From NCBI GenBank assembly GCA_037443035.1, contig JBBIPC010000006.1, positions 64,001 to 128,000 of the forward strand: a DNA stretch of 64,000 nucleotides, read 5' to 3'. Shown piece by piece: positions 41,717 to 51,564 of the stretch. Within the stretch, counting starts at the first letter, position 1. Each line of letters opens with the position of its first letter. Below the pieces are notes generated by a model that was given only the letters and a program-made list of their open reading frames with translations, did not search any database and was not told the DNA's origin. Source of the DNA: Chthonomonadales bacterium. GTDB taxonomy: Bacteria; Armatimonadota; Chthonomonadetes; Chthonomonadales; CAJBBX01. The position numbers and the translations under genes were made by a program.

Positions 41717-43774
41717 ATGCGTACGTTTCTGCAGGAGTTGGGCCTGCTTAGAGAACGACCTACCCCCACAGTTGCTGGGGGGCGTCGGCCTTACCGGCCT
41801 CCGATCCATCCGCTGCGGCTGCTACTCTTCGGCAGGCCGATTCCCACGGAGCACCAGGAACAAGAACGCCTGCCCAAGGTGATTGCGCTCCCTGTCTTCG
41901 CGTCCGACGCAATCTCCTCGAGTGTCTACGCGAGCCAGCAGATCCTCTTTGCGCTTGGCACGGCAGGCCTATGGACTGCGACCTACGCGGAGCTCTATGG
42001 CCGCCTCACCATGACCGTGACAGCGGCTATCGTACTGCTGCTGGCGATTGTGGTGGCTTCGTACTGGCAGACGATTCAGGCCTATCCGGGTGGCGGTGGT
42101 TCCTACATTGTCAGCAAGGAGAACCTCGGCACTGGCGCGGGTATGGTAGCAGGCGCAGCCCTCCTGATGGACTACGTGCTGACTGTCGCAGTCTCTATAG
42201 CAGCAGGGGTGCAGAACCTGCTGGCGACGCCTATCCTGCAGCAGTACTCGGAGCACACGGTGGCGGTCTGTCTGCTGTTCGTGGCAGGGCTTACGCTGGC
42301 GAACCTGCGGGGGCTGAAGGAGAGCGGCACCTTCTTCGCATTTCCAACCTACGTCTTCGTCGTGATGGCGCTCACACTGATTGTGCTGGGGATAGTGGGG
42401 CCATCCATCGGCTGGACCATCCGCTCCGAAACGGTGAATCAGGACGTTCCCGTGGACCTGCGCAAGCCGGTTATCCAGCTCGGTGGCGTGAGCCTCTTGT
42501 TGCTCCTGCTGAAGGCGTTCGCCAACGGATGCGCCGCGCTGACCGGAACCGAGGCCATCAGCAACACGGTCCCGGCATTCAAGGATCCCCGGCCGAAGAA
42601 CGCGGGTGTCACCCTTGTGTGGATGGCGATCCTCCTCTCCACTCTCTTCCTGGGAGTGTCCTATCTGAGCACTAAGCTTCATGTCGTCTATTGGGAGGAC
42701 GGACTGCGGCGTGCAATGCCAGTGATCGACCAACTGTCTGGCGCCATCTTCGGCAAGGAGGGTCCCTGGTTCCGAGTTTCACTCTACTACGCCATGCAAG
42801 CAGCCACAGGCGCGATCCTTGTCCTGGCCGCCAACACCAGCTTCGCTGGCTTCCCGAACTTAGCGTCTATCATGTCCAAGGACCGGTTGCTGCCCCGTCA
42901 GTTGCAGAACCGCGGAGACAAACTCGTCTACTCCAACGGGATCGTGCTGCTCGGTGTGTGCGCGTCTGTGTTGCTTGTGGCGTTTCAGGGCAGTGTCGAG
43001 GGGCTGATCCCTCTCTATGCCATCGGCGTGTTCACGGCGTTCACGTTGTCGCAGAGCGGCATGGTCAGACTCTGGAGGAAACGCCGGAGTACCGGTTGGC
43101 GCTTGAAGGCCACCATCAACGCTCTCGGTGCGCTGGCAACTGGCATCGTTCTGGCAGTGCTGGCCGTAGAGAAGGGACCCGAAGGGGCGTGGATCGTTAT
43201 CGTCGTGGGCATTATTCTCGTGTTCGTATTTCGTGGGATCCACCGCCACTACGAACGCTGTCGTCGCGACCTCTCGATAGCGAACTGGGTGCCGAACACA
43301 TCTCCGATTACGAACACAGTCTTGCTTCTCGTGCCGACACTCCATCGCGGCATCTTTCCAGCGCTTCGGTATGCGAGGACGCTCTCGTCCGACTGTCGTG
43401 CGATTCATATCGAGGACAATCCAGAGGAAACGCCGCGGCTAGTGCGGGAATGGGAGCAGTACGTTGGCGAGGATATCCCCCTTGTCATACTGCCGTCCCC
43501 CTACAGGTCGCTCATCGGGCCCCTCATGACGTACCTGGAGGAGGTGAAACGAGAGCGCGATGACCATCTGGTGACCGTCATCGTGCCCGAGCTCAGCCCT
43601 GGAAAGTGGTATCATGCTGCGCTTCATAACGCAAACGGGCTGCTGGTGAAGCACTACCTGGGCCACCTTCCCGGTGTCATCGTGAGCAGTTTTCGGTATC
43701 ATCTGGGCTCAGGGAACGGCGCGGATGGCGACACAGTGGAGCCAGCACCCGTCAACGGGACCAGCGTACGGTGA
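41717..43774 (+). CDS. APC-family permease, KimA/YdaO-like K+/H+ symporter
   Basis: ASDAISSSVY, YPGGGGSY, LMDYVLTVAVS, NLRGLKESG, ALTGTEAISN, LIPLYAIGVF, SPYRSL, LHN cytosolic domain. Confidence 0.88.
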   Translation: MRTFLQELGLLRERPTPTVAGGRRPYRPPIHPLRLLLFGRPIPTEHQEQERLPKVIALPVFASDAISSSVYASQQILFALGTAGLWTATYAELYGRLTMTVTAAIVLLLAIVVASYWQTIQAYPGGGGSYIVSKENLGTGAGMVAGAALLMDYVLTVAVSIAAGVQNLLATPILQQYSEHTVAVCLLFVAGLTLANLRGLKESGTFFAFPTYVFVVMALTLIVLGIVGPSIGWTIRSETVNQDVPVDLRKPVIQLGGVSLLLLLLKAFANGCAALTGTEAISNTVPAFKDPRPKNAGVTLVWMAILLSTLFLGVSYLSTKLHVVYWEDGLRRAMPVIDQLSGAIFGKEGPWFRVSLYYAMQAATGAILVLAANTSFAGFPNLASIMSKDRLLPRQLQNRGDKLVYSNGIVLLGVCASVLLVAFQGSVEGLIPLYAIGVFTAFTLSQSGMVRLWRKRRSTGWRLKATINALGALATGIVLAVLAVEKGPEGAWIVIVVGIILVFVFRGIHRHYERCRRDLSIANWVPNTSPITNTVLLLVPTLHRGIFPALRYARTLSSDCRAIHIEDNPEETPRLVREWEQYVGEDIPLVILPSPYRSLIGPLMTYLEEVKRERDDHLVTVIVPELSPGKWYHAALHNANGLLVKHYLGHLPGVIVSSFRYHLGSGNGADGDTVEPAPVNGTSVR

Positions 43775-44634
43775 TTGTCTATACTAGGGATGATACAGTC
43801 AAGCTCTCGGGGGCACTGACGCGGAACCAATGGCCGACCATCAAGGCCGCGGCACGCGTCCTGATGAAGGAGCACCCTGAGGGAATCCTGATTGATGGGG
43901 GCGAACTGACGACCGTTACCCCGGAAGGAGCGCGGACATTCCTGGATGCGCTGCGCGATATCGAGGCAGTGGGTGCGCGGATGGTTGTCTGCAATATCCC
44001 TCCTGCTGTGATGGCAGTGCTCCGAGGCATGCCGGGACTCCGATCCCAGGTGGCGTTCTCCATGTCGGTGGAAGAGGCACGCGAATCGCTGCGCAGCGCA
44101 GGTGCGTGCTCCATTGGTCTGCCACTGAACGCGATTCTCGTGCCCGTGCTGTCCACGGCTGACACAGCGGCAGCGTTGCGCCTCGCTTCGGTATCCCATC
44201 GTGACCGAGGGCTGCCGGTTGGCATTGTCGGCTTCGTGGTCGTGCCACGGGAGCTGCCGGTCAGTTCTCCCCTGCCCGAGGAGGAAGCGCAGACGCAGGA
44301 GTTGCTCGGCGCGGCAACGGCCGAAGCCAGGCGACTCGGCCTGGCTTGCACTGTCCATGTCGAGCGTGTCCGCGAAATCAAGGACGGACTGCTGGCCACG
44401 ATTGCTGCTCATGAAGCAGCCATGGTTGTTCTAGCCTTGCGGATGGACCGGCTTCAGGAGGAGGACTTCCTCGACCTAGCGAGTCACTTGTTGCGCCGGG
44501 CGCCGTGTGAGGTGCTGATCGCTCGTGTAGCCGGCAAGGACTCGCCGAACGGCGGGCCGACGACCGCGAATGGGCGTGGTCCTGCACGGGCAGTGAGCGG
44601 CCAGATTCGAGGAGGAGGTGAGGGCGCACGATGA
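43771..44634 (+). CDS. STAS-like + universal stress protein (USP) domain fusion
   Basis: STAS pattern (VKLSGAL...ILIDGGELTTVTPEG...NIPPAVMAVL), then USP (ILVPV...VVPRELP...LLRRAPCEVLI). Confidence 0.7.
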   Translation: MIVYTRDDTVKLSGALTRNQWPTIKAAARVLMKEHPEGILIDGGELTTVTPEGARTFLDALRDIEAVGARMVVCNIPPAVMAVLRGMPGLRSQVAFSMSVEEARESLRSAGACSIGLPLNAILVPVLSTADTAAALRLASVSHRDRGLPVGIVGFVVVPRELPVSSPLPEEEAQTQELLGAATAEARRLGLACTVHVERVREIKDGLLATIAAHEAAMVVLALRMDRLQEEDFLDLASHLLRRAPCEVLIARVAGKDSPNGGPTTANGRGPARAVSGQIRGGGEGAR

Positions 44635-45083
44635 ACGTGATCATTATGGGATGTGGGCGCGTCGGCTCGACGCTGGCGCGACGCCTTTATCATGATGGCC
44701 ACAACGTTACCGTGATAGACCTGTTGCCAGAGGCCTTTCGCCGTCTGGGGTCGAAGTACAAAGGACAGCGCATCGTGGGGAATGGGCTCGATCAGGACGT
44801 GCTCAAGCGTGCGGGCATCGAGAGCTGCGACGTCTTCGTGTCGGTTACGCAAGGGGATAACCGCAATATCATGTCGGCGCAGATCGCGAAGGAGGTCTAC
44901 AAGGTGCCGCGCGTTGTCACGCGGATCAATGATCCCATACGTGCCGACGCCTATCGGCAAATGGGTCTTGTGACGATCTGCGCACCAACCATTGTCTCAG
45001 GGCTGATCCGCGACTTCCTGACGGACGAGCATTGGGCCATCGAGCACGACTACAATCGTGAATACATCGACAGGAATCTCTAG
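44631..45083 (+). CDS. Short TrkA-family protein (RCK_N only)
   Basis: GCGRVG, GDNRNI, RINDP; 150 aa. Confidence 0.9.
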   Translation: MNVIIMGCGRVGSTLARRLYHDGHNVTVIDLLPEAFRRLGSKYKGQRIVGNGLDQDVLKRAGIESCDVFVSVTQGDNRNIMSAQIAKEVYKVPRVVTRINDPIRADAYRQMGLVTICAPTIVSGLIRDFLTDEHWAIEHDYNREYIDRNL

Positions 45084-45142
45084 ATTCGATGCAGGATGTG
45101 CGGAGCGCGAGTTCGGTTACATTCGTGAGGGGAGGCTAGGCG

Positions 45143-45808
45143 ATGTACATCGTCATCGTAGGTGGGGGTAACGTCGGCTACTACCTCGCGAAAACGCTGG
45201 CTTCTTCGTCGCACGAAGTGCTATTGATGGAGAAGGACCGTCAGGTGCATCGTATGATCGCCGACGAACTCGGCGAGATTGCCGTACAGGGCGACGGCTG
45301 CGAGGTGCGTCTGCTCGAGGAAGCCGGGGCAGCACGGGCGGACGTCGTTGTGGCGGCAACGGGCGACGATGAGGACAACCTCGTGATCTGTCAGATGGCC
45401 AAGCGGATGTTCAGCGTACCGCGGACGATCGCGCGCGTGAATAATCCCAAGAACGAGGAGCTATTCCACAAGCTTGGCATTGACGCCACGGTCAGCTCTA
45501 CGAAGATCATCTACAACCTGATCGAGCAGGAGATCCACACAGGGGATGTCATCCCCCTTGCGGCACTGAAGCGCGGCAGGTTGGAGGTTGTGGACGTAGA
45601 GATTTCGGAGAGCTCGCCGGTGCTTGGCAAGTCCATCACGGACATTCCGCTGCCGGTAGATGCGCTGATTGTGTGCATCGTTCGACACGATCAGGCTATG
45701 CTTCCGCGTGGAGACATGCGGTTCGAGGCAGGCGATGGCATCATCGCCTTGGTGAGAGCAGAGCTAGAAGCCGATCTGCGGCGCGTCTTTGCGGCCGACG
45801 CGGCATGA
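45143..45808 (+). CDS. TrkA-family protein (RCK_N + RCK_C)
   Basis: GGGNVG, TGDDEDNL, ARVNNPKN, SPVLGK...PRGD. Confidence 0.93.
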   Translation: MYIVIVGGGNVGYYLAKTLASSSHEVLLMEKDRQVHRMIADELGEIAVQGDGCEVRLLEEAGAARADVVVAATGDDEDNLVICQMAKRMFSVPRTIARVNNPKNEELFHKLGIDATVSSTKIIYNLIEQEIHTGDVIPLAALKRGRLEVVDVEISESSPVLGKSITDIPLPVDALIVCIVRHDQAMLPRGDMRFEAGDGIIALVRAELEADLRRVFAADAA

Positions 45809-46404
45809 GGGCTACCGCGATGTGGCGATCTGGGCGAGCTGCTATCGTTGCTGGCGCGGGGCTGGCGCTTCTAGGCCTATGGGCCTATGGACGCCAAAGC
45901 CCCGATGAAGATGAGAAGCGGATCCGACAGGCAGCGTTCGCGTATTACTCATCTACGATTCTGGGTGATGCTGAAGGCTGCTTGGGGGTGGCCAAGTTTC
46001 CACTGGTGGCGATCCGCGATGGAAAGGTGATGACACACACCCCCGAGACCTTGCGAAGTGTCGTGGTCGGTGTCAGCAAGCGGACAGGCATTGCGCGGAT
46101 GTCTACTGATGCGAAGCAAGAACTGCTTGGGAAGACGCTGCAGATCTTCGATGACGCCGACATACAGTTTCTTGGCGCGAATACTGCCACCGTGGTCTTT
46201 CTCGTGCGCCCTCCTGCCACAAAGGGCGAAGGCAACATCTTGGGGCAACTGGTCTTGGTGCGTTCTGGCGGTGCCTGGAAAGTGACAGCCGAGGTGTCCG
46301 ACAGCAAGCCAGGGCCACCCGAGCCCGAGCTGCCGGATCTCACGGTGCCTCGGAACCCGGCGGGAACAGGGAGCGGCGCAACTCCGCCCCGCCACGGCGA
46401 ATAA
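45805..46404 (+). CDS. Hypothetical exported protein, NTF2/SnoaL-like
   Basis: Signal/TM; DEKRIRQAAFAYY...LVRSGGAWKVTAE; ATGA overlap with trkA. Confidence 0.6.
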   Translation: MRATAMWRSGRAAIVAGAGLALLGLWAYGRQSPDEDEKRIRQAAFAYYSSTILGDAEGCLGVAKFPLVAIRDGKVMTHTPETLRSVVVGVSKRTGIARMSTDAKQELLGKTLQIFDDADIQFLGANTATVVFLVRPPATKGEGNILGQLVLVRSGGAWKVTAEVSDSKPGPPEPELPDLTVPRNPAGTGSGATPPRHGE

Positions 46405-46876
46405 GCTCTTCGAGCACCCAGCCACCGTCCACCTGCCACCGGTCGTCCTGGCGCACCATGTGGACCTCCAACTCTTCCGCGTGTGCGGTAGTTGCTGCTT
46501 CTTGACGGGTGATCAGTACGGCCATCACCGTCGCCGTGTCGCCTTTCTCAGTAACGCGGCCAAGTCGGTAGTCCTCTAGCCGCGGAATGAGCCCGCCTGC
46601 GCTGCGGGCGAGTCTCTCCAGTGCCTCGGCAGTTGGTATGAGAAGCCGGATTGGTGCCGGGACATGGAGCCGTCTGTAGCAGAGCGCGTAGTCCTCAGCG
46701 CGCACGGCGTCGAGGAACTCGCGCAAGGCATACTGGGGGGTCGTTGGATAATAGACGAATCGCCAATAGCCGAAGGCCACGCCGCAGAGCACTGCGACGA
46801 CGAGGATCGCACGAAGTACGCCACTGCGCCCCTCAGAGGTCGGTCTGGGCGCAGGGCTCTCTTGGTCCTCGGTCAT
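46340..46876 (-). CDS. Membrane-anchored NTF2-like (DUF4878-like) protein
   Basis: TM; TPQYALREFLDAV...GDTATV...MVRQDDRWQV. Confidence 0.65.
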   Translation of the reverse strand: MTEDQESPAPRPTSEGRSGVLRAILVVAVLCGVAFGYWRFVYYPTTPQYALREFLDAVRAEDYALCYRRLHVPAPIRLLIPTAEALERLARSAGGLIPRLEDYRLGRVTEKGDTATVMAVLITRQEAATTAHAEELEVHMVRQDDRWQVDGGWVLEELIRRGGAELRRSLFPPGSEAP

Positions 46877-48363
46877 TCCGCTCGATCCTCCGTATCGGGT
46901 CCTTTCTCAGGACTTTCCTCATCTCGCGGTGAGGGCGCTTCGATGCGCTTGACCAGCACCTTCTGGATGCGGCGCCCGTCGGTCTTCTGCACGCGGAACT
47001 CGAGACCATCCCACGTCACTTCCTCTCCTTCGGCGGGCTGGTGGCCCAGCAGCCCGAAAACGAAACCTCCTACGGTGTCCGCTTCTTCTGAAGGCAGTTC
47101 GCTACCCATCCTCTCATTGAAGTCTTCGAGCGGCATCCGCCCATCGGCAATGACTGTGGATGAATCCACCTGGGCAAGCTCGGGCTCCTCGGTATCGTAC
47201 TCGTCCTGGATCTCCCCGACGATCTCCTCGAGAAGGTCCTCGATGGTAACGACGCCAGTCACAGTACCATACTCATCACGAACGATCGCGAGATGGTTCT
47301 TTGTCCGGCGAAAGTCAGCCAATAGGTCGTCCACGCGCTTGCTCTCAGGCACGAAGTAAGGAGCGCGCATGTAATCTCTCACAGTATGCACCTGAGGCTC
47401 TGCCACATGCTCGATGACGTCTTTCACGTGGACGACGCCTACGATCTGGTCGAGATCGCCATCAAATACCGGTATGCGGGAGTGTCCCGACTCCGTCACG
47501 GCGCTGATCAGCTCCAGGAGGGAGGAGTCTGCAGGCACAGCGGTGATGTCCAGTCGTGGCGTCATCACTCTGCGGACGGGTGTGTCACTGAACTCGAAGA
47601 TGGAGTGGATCATTTCTTTCTCCTCGGGTTCGATGACGCCGTATTCCTCGCTCTGCTCCACCATGAGTTTCAACTCTTCCTGACTCATAGCTGTCGGATG
47701 GAACGTCGCCTTGCCGCCCAGCGGCCTGACAATGAGGTCCGAGGCCTTGGTCACGATCGCCACCACAGGTCCTGCGAGCACCTGGAGAGCGCGTAGTGGA
47801 TAGGCAGCGGCCAGGATAATGGGTTCGGCTTTCTGCACGGCTAGGCTCTTTGGCGTAATCTCGCCGAGCACGAGGGTCAGGAAGCTCACGGTGACCATCA
47901 CAATCACGAACGCCACGAGATTCGCGTAGGTTGATGTCATGCCTCCAGGGATCGTCTCCCTCAGCCACTGTGCTAGGGGTCGCACAGCAACGTCGGCCGC
48001 GGCACCAGCCGTCAGCAACGACACGAAGGTAATGCCGACCTGGATGGTAGACAGCGTTCGTGTCGGTTCCGTCAGCATCTCAGCCACAATGCGGGCCGAG
48101 CGTCTCCCTTCTTCGACAAGCTGCTCTATGCGTGTACGCCGAACGGATAAGAACGCGGCCTCGGCCATGGCAAAGATGCCATTCACGAGTATGAGCGCGA
48201 GTACGATAAGAAGATTAGTCCCGACACCGCGCCACTGTATTGGCCCGTTCCCTAGTGGGGACTGTGCCAGAGCTGAGGATGCCACCGTGCAGAGCAGGAA
48301 GACAGCGCTCGCGGTCGCAATCGGCCGACAACGGTGTTCAGGATCTGAGTCGGACTCGTCCAC
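46873..48363 (-). CDS. HlyC/CorC (CNNM-CBS-CorC) family protein
   Basis: NGIFAMAE, IQVGIT, GEITPK, VMTPR, HSRIPV, DEYG, IEDLLEEIVGEIQDEYD. Confidence 0.95.
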   Translation of the reverse strand: MDESDSDPEHRCRPIATASAVFLLCTVASSALAQSPLGNGPIQWRGVGTNLLIVLALILVNGIFAMAEAAFLSVRRTRIEQLVEEGRRSARIVAEMLTEPTRTLSTIQVGITFVSLLTAGAAADVAVRPLAQWLRETIPGGMTSTYANLVAFVIVMVTVSFLTLVLGEITPKSLAVQKAEPIILAAAYPLRALQVLAGPVVAIVTKASDLIVRPLGGKATFHPTAMSQEELKLMVEQSEEYGVIEPEEKEMIHSIFEFSDTPVRRVMTPRLDITAVPADSSLLELISAVTESGHSRIPVFDGDLDQIVGVVHVKDVIEHVAEPQVHTVRDYMRAPYFVPESKRVDDLLADFRRTKNHLAIVRDEYGTVTGVVTIEDLLEEIVGEIQDEYDTEEPELAQVDSSTVIADGRMPLEDFNERMGSELPSEEADTVGGFVFGLLGHQPAEGEEVTWDGLEFRVQKTDGRRIQKVLVKRIEAPSPRDEESPEKGPDTEDRAE

Positions 48364-49168
48364 TGGTACCTCCGAAGACGCTCGCGTAGTCGTGGCGAAA
48401 ATAATGGATGCTGGAGTGCTGTTGGCTGGCGCTGCGTATGAGAAAGGCCCGTACCCTGGGCATGACCCAATACACAGAGGCGGTCAGGAAGATAGCCAGT
48501 ACGGCACCCAGGACGACTTGCTGGACAGTATGAATCCCCGCATCCACTCTACTCTGAGCCACGAGAGCCGCCAGCGCCAGGGCCAGCATACCCACGATGC
48601 GATCCCCACTGGTGAAGACGATCGTCATGGCAAGGAAGAAGCCGATTGCAGCATGGCCACTGATCGCTCCTCCTCTCAGCAACTCGGGGTTCGAGCGACC
48701 AGTCAGAAGCTTCGTCATGATGACCAGCGTAGTCATCACGAGAACACCGACGGCGAGCACGACCGTGACGTCGGGGCTGGAAGTGACTGGGCTGCCTCCA
48801 CCATGGGCCGGTCTGAGCGGAGACGCGCTGAAAAACACCACCACGCCGACGACAATGGCATTCACCGAGGCGACCAATACGGCACCCGCAGATACGTCCT
48901 TAGCGATTTTCGCTGCAGGATGGTATCCCTCGACGCAGAGGTCCACGACGGATTCCACAGCCGAGTTGATCATCTCTACAGCTATGACCAGTGCAGCCGC
49001 GAAGAGGAGCAGCAGCATATCCCGTGCATCGAGGCCGAGCATGAGACCGCTCATCAGTACGAGGGCGAGCATGACGAAATGCACTTGCATGTGCCGCTGC
49101 GTACGGAAGCAGTGCAGCACCCCCTCAGCCGCGTACCGAAACGTCATGGAGCCGCCCCTACCCGCCAT
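48338..49168 (-). CDS. dgkA: Diacylglycerol/undecaprenol kinase fused to a PAP2 phosphatase domain
   Basis: EMINSAVESVVD, AKDVSAGAV; then SGHA and SRVDAGIH PAP2 motifs. Confidence 0.88.
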   Translation of the reverse strand: MAGRGGSMTFRYAAEGVLHCFRTQRHMQVHFVMLALVLMSGLMLGLDARDMLLLLFAAALVIAVEMINSAVESVVDLCVEGYHPAAKIAKDVSAGAVLVASVNAIVVGVVVFFSASPLRPAHGGGSPVTSSPDVTVVLAVGVLVMTTLVIMTKLLTGRSNPELLRGGAISGHAAIGFFLAMTIVFTSGDRIVGMLALALAALVAQSRVDAGIHTVQQVVLGAVLAIFLTASVYWVMPRVRAFLIRSASQQHSSIHYFRHDYASVFGGTSGRVRLRS

Positions 49169-49628
49169 GATCCTGCTCCGCTTCGAAACGAGCTAGCGCG
49201 TGGGCAGCCAGCCTCTGCATTTCGTCCAAACCTTCTTCCGTCGCATCATCGTATCCAAGGAGGTGCAGTGTGGCGTGCGCGGCCAGCTCGGTCACCTCAC
49301 GGACGGCCGGCACGCCTCGCTCCTGTGCCTGCCGGCGGGCTGTCTCCAGGGATATGACGATATCGCCGAGGACCGTTTCACCTCCTGAGGACCTTGGCAA
49401 CGAGGCTTCTTCATGGTTCATTCCTTGCTGAGGAAAGGAGAGAACGTCCGTTGGAGAGGGCTCGCGGCGATACTGTGCGTTCAGTTCGGCAATCTCTGCA
49501 TCGTCCGTAAGGTAGACACTGACGTCCACCTCCGTGCGTTGCTGATCACGCAGCACAGCCTCCACGCCCTGACGAGCGGCTTCGACTTCCTCGGCGCCCC
49601 CCTGCGTCGCGCGAACCTCGATCAGCAT
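49158..49628 (-). CDS. ybeY: rRNA maturation factor YbeY
   Basis: LNAQYR..PTDVLSFP, LGDIVIS, HATLHLLGYDD. Confidence 0.93.
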   Translation of the reverse strand: MLIEVRATQGGAEEVEAARQGVEAVLRDQQRTEVDVSVYLTDDAEIAELNAQYRREPSPTDVLSFPQQGMNHEEASLPRSSGGETVLGDIVISLETARRQAQERGVPAVREVTELAAHATLHLLGYDDATEEGLDEMQRLAAHALARFEAEQDHGG

Positions 49629-49770
49629 GGTCCCATTAGGTCAGTCTGTCATTTCATTGCTGTGCGTCGTTGGCACAGCGCAGCAACGTGGTCACTCTCC
49701 TCGTCAGCGAAATCACGCTGGTCGTGCTGAATGGTACCCGACACCCGTGACCCATGCCTCCTAGCTTCCC

Positions 49771-51564
49771 TCACTGGCTCCTGCTACCGACTTCCGATCG
49801 ATCGCCAACGATCGCCCCGCTTGCCCACGAGCGACGTACCGAACGCAGTCGCACACGAGCGGATTGCCCGACAAAGCGCTGACCATTGTCCAGTGCGATG
49901 AGAAGGCCATCCGACCACGCAACAGCAGGTGCCTCGGGTTGAAGCTGCGACGACGTTACCGTGGCATCCACAATGCGCTCTCGGTGAGGCAGGGGAAGCT
50001 CCTTTGCAGCTTCGGCCATCGGGAGGGTGAGGATTTCGTACCGATCTACGGGAAGGTCGAGTTGTCCACGCACGTATATCGCCTTTCTAGTAAGCTGCTC
50101 GAGCCGATCAGAGTTGGACCCATCCTCACCGATGAGGAACTCGGCCACGGATGTGCTGCAACGCACAACAATAGCGTCGCGCCGAACACCTGCGTCGAGA
50201 GTGGCCGCCATGATCTCCCGCTCCAGCATCGTTGCTACCGTCTCTGCCGAAGGCAGCGAGCCACGCCCGGCGCAGTATTCACAGGGCTCGTTGAGAAAGT
50301 CAGCGATGGTTTCGGCAGTCCGTTTGCGTGTCATCTCGACCAGACCGAGAGCACTGATGGGATAGATCCGAGTGCGTGCCTTGTCGCTCTGTAGGGCCGT
50401 TTCCAGGGCGTGAAATACTTGTTGGCGGTCCTTGGCGTTTGCCATGTCAATGAAGTCAATGACGATGATGCCACCGATGTCGCGAAGGCGCAACTGCCGC
50501 GCGATTTCCGATGCCGCCTCCAGGTTCGTTCGTAGGATGGTGTCGGCCAGAGATGCGCCACTCGTGAACTTGCCTGTATTGACGTCAATCACGGTGAGGG
50601 CCTCGGTAACATCAATGATGAGATAGCCCCCCGAGCGTAGCCACACTTTGCGCTTGAGGTTCCGTTCGATCTCTGCCTCGAGGCCGAACTGCGTGAAGAT
50701 CGGAACCGGATCGGTGTAGAGATGAATACGACCACGCAGCATGGGAGAAGCGGTGGAGAGCATCTCGTGGATCTTCTCGTACTCGTCCGGGTCGTCTATG
50801 ACCAAGCGCGAGACGTCGGATCCGAATATGTCCCGGATAGCCTTGCTTACCAGCGTCAACTCGCGATGCAGAAGAGCAGGCGCTCGAACATGCTGCGCGG
50901 TCTCTTGGATGCGGCGCCACAGGTCCATCAAGTATTCATGGTCTGCCGCCAGATCGGACTCCGCCTTGTCTTCCGCTTCGGTGCGGAGGATGATGCCGAA
51001 CCCGGGCTGCCTTAGACGCTCGCCGATTCTTCTCAAGCGCGTCCGCTCGGCACGATCCACTACCTTGCGGGACACTCCGACCGTCTCGGCGTCGGGCATG
51101 AGGACAAGGTAGCGGCCCGGCAAGGATATGAGCGTGGATACCCTGGCGCCCTTCGTCCCTCGCGGCCCCTTCGTTACCTGCACGACAACTTCCTGACCCT
51201 TCTTGAGCAACTCCGCGATGCGCTGCTGTTTCCGTTGTGCCCGACGCAAGAGCCGTCTGCGGCCGGTTCCTTGGCCGCTCGCGTTCGCCTCGCCGTCGCC
51301 GTCGTCGTCTTCTTCGGTCACCTCCGGGCTACCGTGGGGGAGAATGTCTCCAACATGAAGGAAGGCGTTGCGACCCAGGCCGATGTCCACGAACGCTGCA
51401 TCCATTCCGGGCAGCACATTCTCGACACGGGCTTTGTAGAGGCTTCCGACAATGCGCTCGCCTCGCTCGATGTGCAGCTCCGCAAGCCGACTGTCCTGCA
51501 GGACTGCGATGCGGGTCTCCCGCTCACCGACGTTTACGATGATCTCTTTGGTCAAGTCGTGCAC
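49771..51564 (-). CDS. rng: Rne/Rng-family ribonuclease with C-terminal TRAM-like domain
   Basis: VLPGMDAAFVDIG, KGARVS, IDVNTG, LRDIGGIIVIDFIDM, EMTRKR, CEYCAG. Confidence 0.93.
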   Translation of the reverse strand: MHDLTKEIIVNVGERETRIAVLQDSRLAELHIERGERIVGSLYKARVENVLPGMDAAFVDIGLGRNAFLHVGDILPHGSPEVTEEDDDGDGEANASGQGTGRRRLLRRAQRKQQRIAELLKKGQEVVVQVTKGPRGTKGARVSTLISLPGRYLVLMPDAETVGVSRKVVDRAERTRLRRIGERLRQPGFGIILRTEAEDKAESDLAADHEYLMDLWRRIQETAQHVRAPALLHRELTLVSKAIRDIFGSDVSRLVIDDPDEYEKIHEMLSTASPMLRGRIHLYTDPVPIFTQFGLEAEIERNLKRKVWLRSGGYLIIDVTEALTVIDVNTGKFTSGASLADTILRTNLEAASEIARQLRLRDIGGIIVIDFIDMANAKDRQQVFHALETALQSDKARTRIYPISALGLVEMTRKRTAETIADFLNEPCEYCAGRGSLPSAETVATMLEREIMAATLDAGVRRDAIVVRCSTSVAEFLIGEDGSNSDRLEQLTRKAIYVRGQLDLPVDRYEILTLPMAEAAKELPLPHRERIVDATVTSSQLQPEAPAVAWSDGLLIALDNGQRFVGQSARVRLRSVRRSWASGAIVGDRSEVGSRSQ

